A stretch of DNA of 64,000 bases from Rhizophagus irregularis (taxonomy: Eukaryota). The notes below the pieces were generated by a model. That model saw nothing but the letters and a program-made list of their open reading frames with translations, was not told the origin of the DNA and made no database searches. This document shows, piece by piece, positions 13,066-25,201 of the stretch; position 1 is the stretch's first letter; every line of letters starts with the position of its first letter. Where the stretch lies: contig NC_089434.1 in assembly GCF_026210795.1 (NCBI RefSeq), positions 1,302,001 to 1,366,000 on the forward strand. Reading direction: 5' to 3'. The position numbers and the translations under genes were made by a program.

Positions 13066-13437
13066 TAGGGATGGCAATGGTCGGTCATGGTCGGTCATCG
13101 GTCGGTCATAACCGGTCAAGAACCTTTGACCGACCGACTGACCGTTTGACCGACCGGTCTGACCGACCGGTTAACCGACCGTTTAACCGATCCTGAAAAC
13201 GTTTGCGAAACGTAATTTAATAAAAAAACGTTTGAAATACTTAATAAAAAACGTTTTCGCAACATTTTCTATTAAAATAATTAAAAAAACGTTTGCGAAA
13301 CATTTTTTATTAAATTATGTTTCGCAAACATTTTCAGGATCGGTTAAACGGTCGGTCAGAGGTCTTTGACCGACCGATATCGGTCACGGTCATGACCGGT
13401 CATAACCGGTTAATGACCGTGACCGTTGCCATCCCTA
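13066..13437. mobile_element. hAT-family MITE
   Basis: TIR TAGGGATGGCAA...TTGCCATCCCTA; perfect 8-bp TSD GTCTCCTT (13058-13065, 13438-13445); subterminal GACCG/CGGTC repeats. Confidence 0.92.
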
Positions 13438-13719
13438 GTCTCCTTAAACATGAATTTGGTAAGTATTCAATTTTTTCTTTAATTATTTTTGTTCTAACAA
13501 ACAGAATTTTTTTTTTTAACAATTGCACTGCATTTTTTATTATTCTTTGTATGAGTAGATATTAGAAAGGTTACGCAACTCTACAGCAAAGCATTATTCT
13601 ATCTAAATAGTACAAAGGGGTCAACACTAATGTAATATGTACCCATGCAATTGCACGAACATATATAAAAAAGAACAATCACATCCGAACTCTCCCATCA
13701 CAAAGTAAGTTAATGTAAA

Positions 13720-14245
13720 AAAAAAGAAGCCAAAACATCTCGTCCAAGTTCTGATACCTGTTCTTTTTGATAACTTCCCATTCCATATCGTTGGAGGTTG
13801 TTGAAAAAATCTCCTCCAATTCGGTTAATTTCTCTTTCATCTTTTTTAAACCTTCAGATGCGCTTGGTATCGTACGTACAGTAACGTACTTTATTTTTGC
13901 GCAATGTTATCTTGTTTTAGAGATGTTTTGGTCGAGGCTTCTGCCTTATCACCTTCCAAATCTGAGTCCGAGTCTGTGTCCTCTCCCACTCTCATATCCA
14001 CTACCTCGTCTTCAGTAACTGGTGTTATTCAGTTTTTGTTTTTCTTGGCCGCTATATTTGCTAACCTCAATCAGAAGGTGTTTACGGTGTAGAAAAGTTT
14101 ACCAGTTGATTAGCTGGTGGCGCCGTAGCCAGTGCTATCATCTTTACCTTTACTTTCTCCAAATTCTTTCAGTTTCTGTATATCGTCTTGAAATTCCGCA
14201 CCTTCCATATCAGCTCCGCACTGCCAACGAACAGTTTCTAACATT
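13720..14245 (-). pseudogene. Degenerate coding fragment of unknown origin, antisense to array B
   Basis: GC-richer segment with a long frame broken by a few stops (..EFQDDIQKLKEFGESKGKDD..VTEDEVVDMRVGEDTDSDSDLEGDKAEAS..LKKMKEKLTELEEIF..). Confidence 0.45.
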
Positions 14246-14732
14246 GGGATTCTGGTGGGTATTTTTTTTTATAAATTACTCTATTTTAACGAACTCTATT
14301 TAACGGTTCATTTTTCTCTTTTAGATTTTGCCATTCCTATTTGAAAATGGATGTGAGCGTCCATTTTTTTCATTTTTTATTTCTTCGTATTCGTCATTAA
14401 CTTTTGATTTTCTTTTTTTTGTAGATTTGGCTTCTTTTTAGGTTTCGGTGACCCCTTCAGTGTTATCTTTCTTTTTTAGGGTTCGGTATTTCCTTTTTAT
14501 GTTTCAATGTCTCTTTTGTGGAAATTAAGGTGGGTTTTTTTATTGTTTATAGGTTTTTTTGTCGTTTTTGGTACTAAACTATTAAACTTTCTTTTTTAGG
14601 TTTTGTCTTCGTTTCACCCTTCAAACGCGTGGGATTTTGGTGAGAAAATCGACAATGTTTATGTTTCTATATATTTCTTTAACATATACTAATGTTTTTA
14701 TTTTTTCTTTTTTTAGAAGACAGAGTCTTTAG

Positions 14733-15660
14733 ACATCCCGAATGATCCTTACGTCATATCCTCAAAGTGAAATTACTACAGCGTTGAATATTGCTTGTCA
14801 CAAATCTTTGTTTAACAAAAATTATCCTCCACATATCATTATATGTATTTTGGGATCAATGAGTCCAATATATGGAGAAATTAAAAGGATTGGGACACGC
14901 AATTGGGTGTTCCAACTCAATGTATTTTACTCAAACGATTAGCGAGAAAAAATGGAATCGATCAAATTTGTTCAAACATCTTTTTGAAAGTGAACGCAAA
15001 ATTAGGTGGACAAAATGTAATATTAACCAACGATCAAATTGATTTTGTATCTTCAGAACTGACAATGATACTCGGCGCTAATGTTTTCCATTCCGGAAGA
15101 GGTGATAATAGGCCAAGTATTGTAGCTGTATGTGCCTCATTGAATTCAAAAAGCTACTAGATACGCTGGAAGATTTAGTGTTAATAAGGATCCTCGAAAT
15201 TAAATTATTGAAGATCTCAAAGGAGTAGTAATCGATTTACTTTGTGTTTTTTATCAAAGAAATCAAGTTTTACCGAGAAAATTTTTGTTTTATCGTGATG
15301 GAGTTGGTGAAACTCAATTTCAACATGTAAAAACTTATGAAGTAAAAGCACTTAAAGAAGTCTTTGCTAGTGTGTACAGAAATTCGGGACCTACACTAAC
15401 ATTGTAAGTTTTTTAATGTCATGTTGTTACCATTATTATTTTACAATTTCTAAATTTACTAATCCCTTAATATATAGTATTATATTGCAAAAGAGGCATC
15501 ATACCAGATTTATGCCAACTGAACCACGTGACGGCGATAAATTGGGCAATTGTAGTTTGATTTTTGTAAGAATGAGAAATTTATTATTTTAATTTCGTAA
15601 CTTTATATTAATTATTTTATTTTTTCAGTCTTACAATCTCACACCAGCCTACAAGGAACA
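14733..15660 (+). pseudogene. Argonaute MID-PIWI pseudogene fragment with two retained introns
   Basis: YGEIKRIG/DTQLGVPTQC..NIFLKVNAKLGGQN..TMILGANVFH..PSIVAVCAS..FYRDGVGETQF..TF|IILQKRHHTRF..GNC..DF|LQSH..LQGT. Two frameshifts, one stop and an internal deletion; introns 15404-15477 and 15566-15628. Confidence 0.92.
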
Positions 15661-16177
15661 TACGCGTGATAATTCGGAGGGGTAGAGGTTTATTTTTTGA
15701 ACTATTCTTTGAGAAACATTTACTAATGTTTCTTTGATTTTTTCTTCTTTTAGACGGTTCATATGGTCTCTCATTTCAGTAAGTTTGTCATTTTTTTCTT
15801 GATTTTTATTTTGACGAACATTTTCTAACTGATTTTTTTTTCTTTTTAGACGGTTTTTAATTCTTTGGACACGGGACTTCGGTGGGAGTATTGTTTTTTT
15901 GTTTTATTCCATCTTTATTTTGTCTTTTAAAACGGTTGCTAATTTCTTTTTTTTTCCTTTTTTTAGGCGGCTTAGACACGGGTCTTGGTGAAATCGACTC
16001 TTAGTTAGACGCTCGCGTGAGATAGGTAAGTTTCGAATAAAGGAATTCAAAACTTAAGTTTTTTTTTAATTTTTTTCCTTTTTTTTTTTGGCTCCAGCTT
16101 GGAAACCAAAATCCAAGTATAGTTTCGAAAAAAGGAATTCGAAACTTTAGAAGCATAGATTAATATCGATACAAAAT

Positions 16178-16480
16178 ATATTTAATATAGATTTAATATA
16201 GATTTAATATAGATTTAATATAGATTTAGATAATTAATACAATGAAACTGTATTATAACTTTGAGTAAACTGTAATATTACTTTAAATAAACAATATTTT
16301 TGCATTAAATAAACTACATTTTTGCAATATTATTACATTAACTAAACTACATTTTTGCATTACATAAGCTACATTTAAACTACATTTTTGCAATATTATT
16401 ACATTAACTAAACTACATTTTTGCATTACATAAGCTACATTTAAACTACATTTTTGCATTACATAGGCTACACTTAAACT
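16178..16480. repeat. Minisatellites: (atatagattta)n and ctacatttttgca-based tandem units
   Basis: About 4 copies of an 11-mer at 16178-16230; repeated aactacatttttgca..ttacat units at ~16295-16480. Confidence 0.8.
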
Positions 16481-16619
16481 ATATTCGCTCCATATGGATA
16501 CCCTACGTTAAACATAAAATAGCGATACGCCTACTACTTTTTTTAATATATATAGCGGCTACATAGCTACTACACAGTCCCGATTTTGCAAGTTTCAGTA
16601 AAGAAACTAGAAAGAAAAT

Positions 16620-16882
16620 ATTATTATAAAGTTTTTTTTAAATAATAAACCAGAAAAACAAGTGAGAAAAAAAGAAGTGAAAGTGGACAAGTTGCAAAAA
16701 AAAATTTTTACTGCATTCTTAATAGAAAATACTATATTAATGTGTCTAAAAGGAGAAAGGGTGTTTTGAAGTTTGCCTCAAAAACAAAGTGAGTAGTTTT
16801 TTTTTTTTTTGAAATGAAAAGAAATAAATTAGAGAGGGTGAAGTGTTTCGTGTAAAACAAACAAAACAGTGGTTGTACAAGA
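16620..16882. repeat. Dispersed repeat, second copy at ~21140-21410
   Basis: Shared collinear blocks cagaaaa..aagtgaga..gtgaaagt, ctg(c/t)attcttaa..aatacta, ctaaaaggagaa and gagag..gaagt. Confidence 0.6.
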
Positions 16883-17245
16883 AAATTAAGTCGTATATAC
16901 GAAACACCATCAATCATACCCACTGTGATCATTCGGTATAGAGGTACTTTTGTTAAGTAAAAGACGCCTTTTTATTTAATAAAATCGTATTTCCTATTTT
17001 GATGTATGGAATGTACTATATGTGAATAATACTTAATTTTCTATGTTCAACTACGCCTTCGAATGTTTATTCTTCGAGTCAATACATGTCTTACTTTAAA
17101 GAAGTATAAAATATTTTCAAAATCAAATAATATAAATTTAAAATACATCATTCATGTTCCGTTTACAGCGCCTGCTTAATGAAAATATCTCGCACTTAAA
17201 TCTACCTCCTCCTGAAAAATGGCCTTTTACTTGTAATAAAAATAG

Positions 17246-17405
17246 ACTAGGAAACGGAAATCGTCGTAAGTTCAGAGCGAAAAAACTTAGATTTGCGATT
17301 TCATTGGATGACGTCACATGAGGGACAGAGAAACTCACGTGGTCGACCATTTTTCATAATGCGTAGACATATATGATATATAGTCCTTCGCTTCGCTCCG
17401 TACGA
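17246..17405 (-). mobile_element. Non-autonomous Helentron/Helitron2-like element, copy 2 (minimal, decayed)
   Basis: actaggaaacggaaatcgtcgtaagttcagagcga...ggacagagaaactcacgtg...tatatagtccttcgcttcgctccg; same termini as copies 1 and 3. Confidence 0.7.
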
Positions 17406-17895
17406 TAAGTCATAATTATTTTTTTCACCCTGCGCATTCTTGTGATGTTAACCCTTCAATAGTTTAATATAAATTGTTTAAAATTAAAATCTTTGTCCTA
17501 ATTTAGCAATCTAAGATAAATATCAAATAAATCTTTGATATGTTGGATTGCGCACATAAATGTAACTTCAATCTTATAAACTTTTTAAATATATACACCT
17601 CTTAAACACATTTTTAACTTTTGGAATAATTAATAGATTTCATTTAAAAATTATCAAGAAAAAAATATTTTTGAATGACAAATATAAATATAAATTTATA
17701 AAATTTTATTTAAAATATAGCGTTAGTAATTTTACGCATATGAATTATTTAAATTACAAACTAAGAAATTTGTAAGAAATCTTATTACTCTAATCTTAGT
17801 AGTGTTTAAATAATTTTTAAAAATATAAAAAAAATATAAATCATTAACAATGATAGAAAAAAAAATAGTTGTAATAAGAGATGGTAACATTGTAT

Positions 17896-20226
17896 CTAAA
17901 TATCTAAAAAAAAAAAAAAAAAAATATTTACAATAATAAAAATCAGTAAATTAAATTAAATATTTTTACATTTTAAAATAATGAATTTTTTACCATTAGG
18001 AATTTCCAATTCATCTTGTTCTTCAGAATGAAGATTTGGGTTATTGTATACTTCATCTTCATCATCTTTAGTAACAAAATAAGAATAATTAAAAAAATAA
18101 AATATAAGAATGGTCAATTAAAATGTATATTTGTCAGTCTTACCATTAAAATTAACATTTGGACCTTTTGTTTGTTGCACTGTTTTTTGTTTATATTAAA
18201 TTGAAATAAATTATTGTTTAATGAATTTTTGCACTAAATAATAATATTAGATTATTTACTTACCATCTTTTACTTGTAGCTTTTTAAATATTTTGGATAA
18301 TTTTTTACTATTGGCTAAAAAATTTAAATATAATTCATTGTTTATTTATTCAATTATTATAAAAAAAAATAAATCATTGAAATATATGGATAAATTCACC
18401 AACCTTTAAAAAAGCTATTTATTTTTGATGTTCTACTATTATTCTGATTACTTGATTTATTATTAAAATCATTAACTAAAAAAAATGTAAAATTAATAAT
18501 TAAATATTTAACAATATAGTATAATAAAAAAAAATACTTACTATTAGCGGGAATACTAAAATCATATGATTTACTATGAAATGCTATTTAAAAATGAAAT
18601 ACTTTAGTTAAAAAAAGTCAAAATGATAAGAGTACAAATAATCTGAAAAAATAAAAAAGATTTTATATATTAAATTTGTACCTTCTAGCTCCTCTTTTTA
18701 TTTTAGTATGAATAATGAGATTTTATTATTATTACTTATTTATTTAAATAATAAAAGCAATATGTATTAAATACAATACCTTCTGTTGCATTTCTTGATT
18801 CAGGTAGATTTTCAAATTGATGAATTTTACTTGTAAATAATATGTTATTTGTACTATTTACTAAATTATTTGCTTCATTAAATTCTAGATTATTATGTAT
18901 TTCTGATTCATCTGTCATACTTTGATAATATAAGTTCATTTCTTGTATTTTAAATGCAAGTGTCTTGGTATCAGGTCTTTTTGATGGATTAGCATCCCAA
19001 CATTCTTCTATTAAATTTTTATATTCAACAGGAGTTCCTGATACTATTCTTGGTCTAATACCATTAATAATATTCATTGCAAGATTGTAATCATGTTTAT
19101 GATTAATAAATGGTGGTTTTTGTGATGCAATTTCCCACATAAGCATTGCAATACTATAAATATCAGATTTAAAAGTATATTCTTTTCCATTAATAATTTC
19201 AGGTGCTATGTAAGGAAGATTTCCATATATACATTTTGATGATTTATCAGCAGGTCCACAAAATCCAAGATCACTAATTTGCCAACAACTATTAAGTTGT
19301 GAATACAATATATTTCCTGAATGTAAATCTCTATGAATTGAATTCTCAAAATGAATAAAATAAAGTGCCCTAACTATTTCAAAAGTTATATTGATTTTTT
19401 GTTTCCATGTAAGCTTATTATGATTTTGTTGCAAATATTCTCTTAAATTTATATTCATTTTATCCATCACAAGCATATAATTTCCATTTGATATGTTTTG
19501 TGTTATACCATAACATTGGACAATTTCAGGACATTTATTACTTATAGTTAAATGTGATTTAGCCTATAAAAATGTAAAGATTTAATAAATAAACTGGTCA
19601 ATTAGCTTCTTCTAAATTTTATTTAAATTACAAACCTCTTCAAACCAACTTTGATTTGCACTTTCAACATTTTCTAAACTTTTAAGTATTACATCTTGAT
19701 CTCCAAATCTTATTAATTGTTTTTTTTTAGAATCCCATTCTTCATATTTTCCATCAATCCAAACTGCTGTATAGATTTCAGAAAATCCACCTTTTGTTAG
19801 ATACCTGATATTTTGCAAATTATTATATGGAATCCATTCAACTATCGTATCTGGTTTAGCTAATTCTATTTGACATTTCTGGATTAAATTATCAATATCA
19901 TCATTTCCAGATGTCCAATTTGAAAATTTTGCTTTTAAATAATTTCTAACACAAAATTCACAATATAACGTAGCTAAACATTTTTGATTACAATTTTCAC
20001 AAGTTCTTTTTGTTCCTGAATTAAAAAGAATTTTATCTCGATCATAATCTTTAGATACCCATCTTATTGCATAAGTTTTTTCATCTTCTGTAAGAGAATT
20101 ATCAGCAAGAACTGTTTGTTTCTTAAATTCATATTGTTTGTGCATATCAGTGTGAACATTATAGTCTATTAATGCAATTGATCGATTAATTGCTGCGTAA
20201 GCAAATTCTCTTCGAATGACAGACAT
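17896..20226 (-). CDS. TKL-family protein kinase paralog 2
   Basis: ORFs 19612-20226 and 18736-19476 joined by an intron; HRDLHSGN, DLG, APE intact. Near-identical to paralog 1, including ~800 bp upstream. Shortened micro-exon tail predicted to end ..ELEIPN|DI-stop (17896). Confidence 0.88.
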
Positions 20227-21491
20227 GGAATTTTTTTAAAATAAAGCTCCGAAAGAAGGGCTAAAAAAAAAATATTATAACGAGAAAAAAAAGTCTGAAC
20301 GGAGTTTTGTATCCGAAATAATCCGTAAAACTTATAATGCAGTGCAACTTACCTAGTATTGCACAAAATGCTTTTTGCTCCAAACATGGATCTACACTCA
20401 TGTGAAACACATTACACACATCATGAAATGAAATTGTCACGTTATTATAATAATTTCTTGGATAAAGTGAAACCTAATAAATAAACCTTTTAAAATGACT
20501 GCAATGATCGTAGTGGCTTAAGCGTATTAATTATTTAGAATGAATAAAAAAAACTGACTTATATAATTACAGAAATTACGAAATAGAGTAAATTTATGCA
20601 CCACGCCATGGTCGCCATGCGGTAAAAATTATTCACTGCACCCCTTTTTTGAATATGATTGATTCAAAGTGTGGCTAACTTCCATTAATTTTGTGTAACA
20701 TTTAGAAAATATTCATCGCATTTAATAAAAATTAAAATTTTGCAAAATAAAAAAGGACTTTAAAGGGTTATTATAATTTTTTTTTGTTTCTTTCTTATAT
20801 AAATTACAATTTATTAAATTATTAAATATTTCAACACATTTAACAAAAAACAGTGTTTTACCATTACACCATTGCAGAAATACTAACTCATAAGTCATAA
20901 ACGATTTACAATAAATAATAATAATAAATTTTTAAATTTCTGAAAAAAAATTATTATTTAATAATGAATCAAAAATCAAAAAGCAACTAATACTATACAA
21001 AGTTGAAGTGTCGAATCCTAAAACAAACTTCCAAAATGAAATATTTCTAAAGAAAAGAAATGTTTTTTTAAAAAAAATCCTAAGCAATGTACCTAATGTC
21101 CCTAAAGTGAAATACATCTTTTTTTTAAAGAAAAAAAAAGAAGTACTTTTAAAATAAATAGGTCAGAAAAATAAGTGAGAGAAAAGAGGTGAAAGTAAAT
21201 TATAGTAAAAAAATTTTGCTGTATTCTTAAAAAAAAATACTAAATTAAAGTGTTCAAATGCACCTAAAAGGAGAAGGATAGTTGATTTAAAGTTTAGTAC
21301 TTCAAAGAAAAAGGGAGAAGTTTTTTTTTATAAAATAAAAGGGCAAAAAAGATATAAAATGAGAGAGCGAAGTACTTTCTGTAGATGTAAAAATAAACCA
21401 ACAAATTAGTGATCGCGCACCGATCGCGCCAAAAAAATCAAAAATTATGTTACTATGATGTTACTATGTAAAGACTGTAAAGTGATATATT

Positions 21492-21886
21492 TAAGGATGG
21501 TCAGTCGGTCTTTCGGTCCTGGACGGTCCTGCCCGGTCTTTGGGAAAGTTATAAGGAATGCACCCTTGAATTTTTAAGGCGCAGCAAGTATGGCTAAAGA
21601 CCAATAAATGTCAAAATTTGGCCTTTATACTTCTTTTTTTAAGACCAGCAGAGGCGAAATTGGAAAAAGACCGAAAAAAGCAAAAAATACTGGTTTTGGC
21701 AAAATAAAAACCTGCCTAGCTCTAAGTTGGGTGATTAGATCGAGACCAAAATTTACCACTTTTTGGTCTTTAATCAGTTCTGTTGTGCTACAAAAAATTG
21801 GAAGCACAGCCTTATTACTTTTCCAAAAATTTCCTAAAGACCGATCAGGACCGATCAAAGACCGCAGGACCGACTGACCATCTCTA
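21492..21886. mobile_element. hAT-family MITE
   Basis: TIR TAAGGATGGTCAGTCGGTC / GACCGACTGACCATCTCTA; perfect 8-bp TSD GATATATT (21484-21491, 21887-21894). Confidence 0.9.
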
Positions 21887-23937
21887 GATATATTAGAGAG
21901 CGGTAATAGCGCAGATGCGACGAATAATTTTTTCTACGAAATAAATTCCTAGACTTTGCCGGTGTTGGAGTTAGTGGAGTTAGAACAGTGCAAATGGGTG
22001 CTAATTTACAAGTAATTAACAATAATTTAGGTCATTTAGTTATAGTAATAAAAAAAAGAAGCGATGAACTTAAAAACTGCTATGAAAGAATAAAAATCAA
22101 TTTTATTTTAATGATTTTTTTTCTTCTTATATTTTTTATTTTATATCATTAAACTGATAAATTACAAGAACTTACGACTCTTAAGTAGTATGATTCCTCT
22201 ATAACAAAAGCACAAAAAAGTACAAAATTGTTCAATATAAAAATAATTTATTGAATTTAATATATTACTTTATATTTTACCATAAAAATGTATGTTAACA
22301 AAAAATAATTTACGTGATAATGACGAAATAACAATATTATTTTAAGCTTTAAAAACTAGTAGATGAAGAACATCCCTTTTTTCTCGTGGTTAATACTTAT
22401 TGTATTATACATTTTTTCAATTGATTTTAACTACATAGAATAATATACTCAATGAAAAGTACAAAGTATATTGTGATCACAAATAAATTTACAGGTCAAA
22501 GGAGCCATAAAAAAAATTTACAAACATTTTGTCGACAATACCATAAATTCTTTAACATTTACAATAGACGTGGAATACGTAAGTACAGTTTATTCTGATT
22601 TTTTGCTAGTTTATCAGTATTCAAAATCAGTTTAGGAACTGTTAGTAAAAACTTACCTGCAGCTGATGAAAATAATATAACATAATTATTGAATCCTCTA
22701 TTGAAGGCCTCTTTTATTTTCTTGTGGATTTTGTTATTACTCATTGCTTAAATCTTTATGATGGATAATAAGAGAAGAAATTATGCTGTGCAAATATGGC
22801 ACGTGGGTTATGTAATATAAATTATAATGGATACAATTAATTATTTAATACTTTTATTATAAATTTCATTAAAACTTTATTGAAAATCAAACATTCCATT
22901 AAGTTTCATTTGAACTCTATTTCTTAGAGCAATTTTTTTTTAATTTTTAATTATAATTTAATTAATTTCAACAAAATTTTCAATTTTTTTTAAGAATGAT
23001 CGTTATACCAAGTTCGTCAAGTTTATTACTACTAAAGAAATCTTAATAAGATTAAGAAATTATTTTTTTAAAATATATTCGTAATGGATATAATTAGATA
23101 TTATAATTTTATTACTTTCATTTTTAAATCTACTGATAAAATAAATATTTTCATTGAAAATACATGACCGCATTTTTCGTTACTCGTTGGTATCACTTAA
23201 TGACGAAATCATCGAAGTTCGGCTATCAGAATGATTCATAAGTTTGAATGATGTAAATTATAGATTATTTCAAAATAAACATATTAATAGTTAATAAATT
23301 GTATAATATTAAAGTTTATTAGGTTTGGGTAATTGGGTGTAAAGTTTTTGGTATCGACTTTATTGCGTTTAAATTCGTCCATGTTGTTTTACTATGTAAA
23401 ACAATAAACTTTATACAGTATTTAATAAAAACTATCTTAGTTAAAACTTGCGGCGGCAGATTATGTTATTGTCACGACTCACAAGATACATAATAAATAT
23501 AACGAAATATTCTTTTTCACGTATTTCTTTCTCGCTCTTTTTTTTGACAAAGAAAATAAATAAATAAAAGAAATTAACAAAAATAAACCCTACTAATTTT
23601 ATTTAAGAGCCCCTTTATCATTGACCAAAAATTCATTGGATTTGGAAGATCTGATTTTTTCGTTAATTATTTTCTCTACGTTTATAAATGACGTATCAGG
23701 ATATTATAACGTTATAACGATTTATTTAATTTGTATACGGGCGGTATACGCGTTGTTCTATATCATCTTTATTATATAGAATAGGAATGAATGGCGGAAT
23801 CATATAATAATTCGACGACCAGTACCCGCCGGAATTAAAAAAATAAGTAGTGTTAGGTAATTTTGTAATTTTTTTTGCAAAAACTTATTTAAAATTAGAA
23901 TAAGCAATATTTATTTTAATTTCATTTATTCTTTTAT

Positions 23938-25201
23938 TGCGAATTTTGATATAACGAATAACACAATATAGCGAATTTTGAACGTGGTACGGATTTTAAT
24001 ATACGAAAAAAAACAGAATTTTACTGATTAAATTTCGACAAAGTTAAATTGTGTATATAAAATAATTTTTATATAACGAATTTTTTTTATACCGAATTTT
24101 TTTAAAAAAGAGATTTCTTTATTATATAAAAATATAAAATGTTACATTACTACATGAACTTTTACATAAATACTTAGACCGAATATAATTGGACAACTAA
24201 TTATATACTCGTCCAATATATCAAAGTGATGTGCTATTTGCCATCACCATATCCTATACAGTGTTTCGGACATAATGTGAAAAATGACCTAACTGTAAAA
24301 ACCTGAAAATAACGCAAATAATTATACCGTAGTAATTCTATACTAACAAATTCCTTCAATACGTTTTACATTTTTAACTTATTTAATATTTTTTGTTCTT
24401 TCTACATTTTCATCTTTTTTTTTGTACTTTTCTATATTTTCTAAAAAACCAGTTCTATAAAATTATAAATTACGTTAATCTAAACTAAGTGATTTAACTA
24501 TTTATCATTAAACAATATATTTTATGTTCCTTTTGATTTGAATTCTCATATATTGATTTCCAAAAGTATCTTTGTTTCTCGTGTGGTCTTTTATTTTTCT
24601 CCAACTTGATTTTTTTCTGGTTTTTTAATAAATATACTGAAGAATTATTTTTTATAACGAATTTTTTTAAAATTTTATGAACGAAGAATTTTGCGAAATG
24701 AATCTTACTATATAAAAGGACTACTTATCACAAAACATTTCTCGATGTCGTAATCACACATCATAAAATTAATAAATAATGGATACGTTCATATTATTTA
24801 CGTCGTTTTTTACTCTGGCTGTTTTTTAAAAATACCGAAAGCCCAACATGTAAAACCCAGTAATAAACAACTTAATGAAGTCCCTAGGAAACATAAACTT
24901 CTTACAGCAGCACAAAAGAAAGAAATTTGCTCGAAATAAAATTCTACTTTATTTTAAAAGAATTTATATAGTGATATAATAAAATTTCATGTTAAAAATT
25001 TTAAAAATCGTGTAATTTACTTTTGTACCAATATTAATTATATTAATTATCTTTTAAAATATTTAAAGTAATAATAATAATTCGTTATAGTGATATACAG
25101 ATTATTCGTTATGATATATAGAATATTTCGTTATAGTATTACCGAATCTTCGTATTATGAAAGTATTTAGACAGAAAATTCGTCATATCAAGGAATGACT
25201 G
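23938..25201 (+). mobile_element. Decayed pogo/Tigger-like (Tc1/mariner) element
   Basis: Right end ..aaggaatgactg|TA; repeated subterminal ataacgaat/attcgttat motifs at both ends; remnant PRKHKLLTAAQKKEIC (~24883-24930) resembles the CENP-B/pogo N-terminal HTH. Left boundary uncertain. Confidence 0.6.

Larger units (their letters stand above)
12630..16150 (+). repeat. Micro-exon/intron array B with embedded foreign fragments (probable gene-capturing non-autonomous element)
   Basis: Begins with the same atcacgtg(c/t)atca...attatcg motif and CT-rich tract as array A. Intron units at 12822-13045, 14255-14716 and 15690-16030 are interrupted by a hAT MITE, an antisense ORF remnant and an Argonaute fragment. 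Confidence 0.65.

Noticed and set aside
13317..13565. 82-aa ORF
   Set aside because: Spans MITE subterminal repeats and an array intron.
21608..21877. Overlapping ORFs on both strands
   Set aside because: They lie within a hAT MITE and show no transposase motifs.
22651..22670. ACTTACCTG resembling the U1 snRNA 5' end
   Set aside because: It is the reverse complement of a splice donor; no U1 stem-loops or Sm site recognised.
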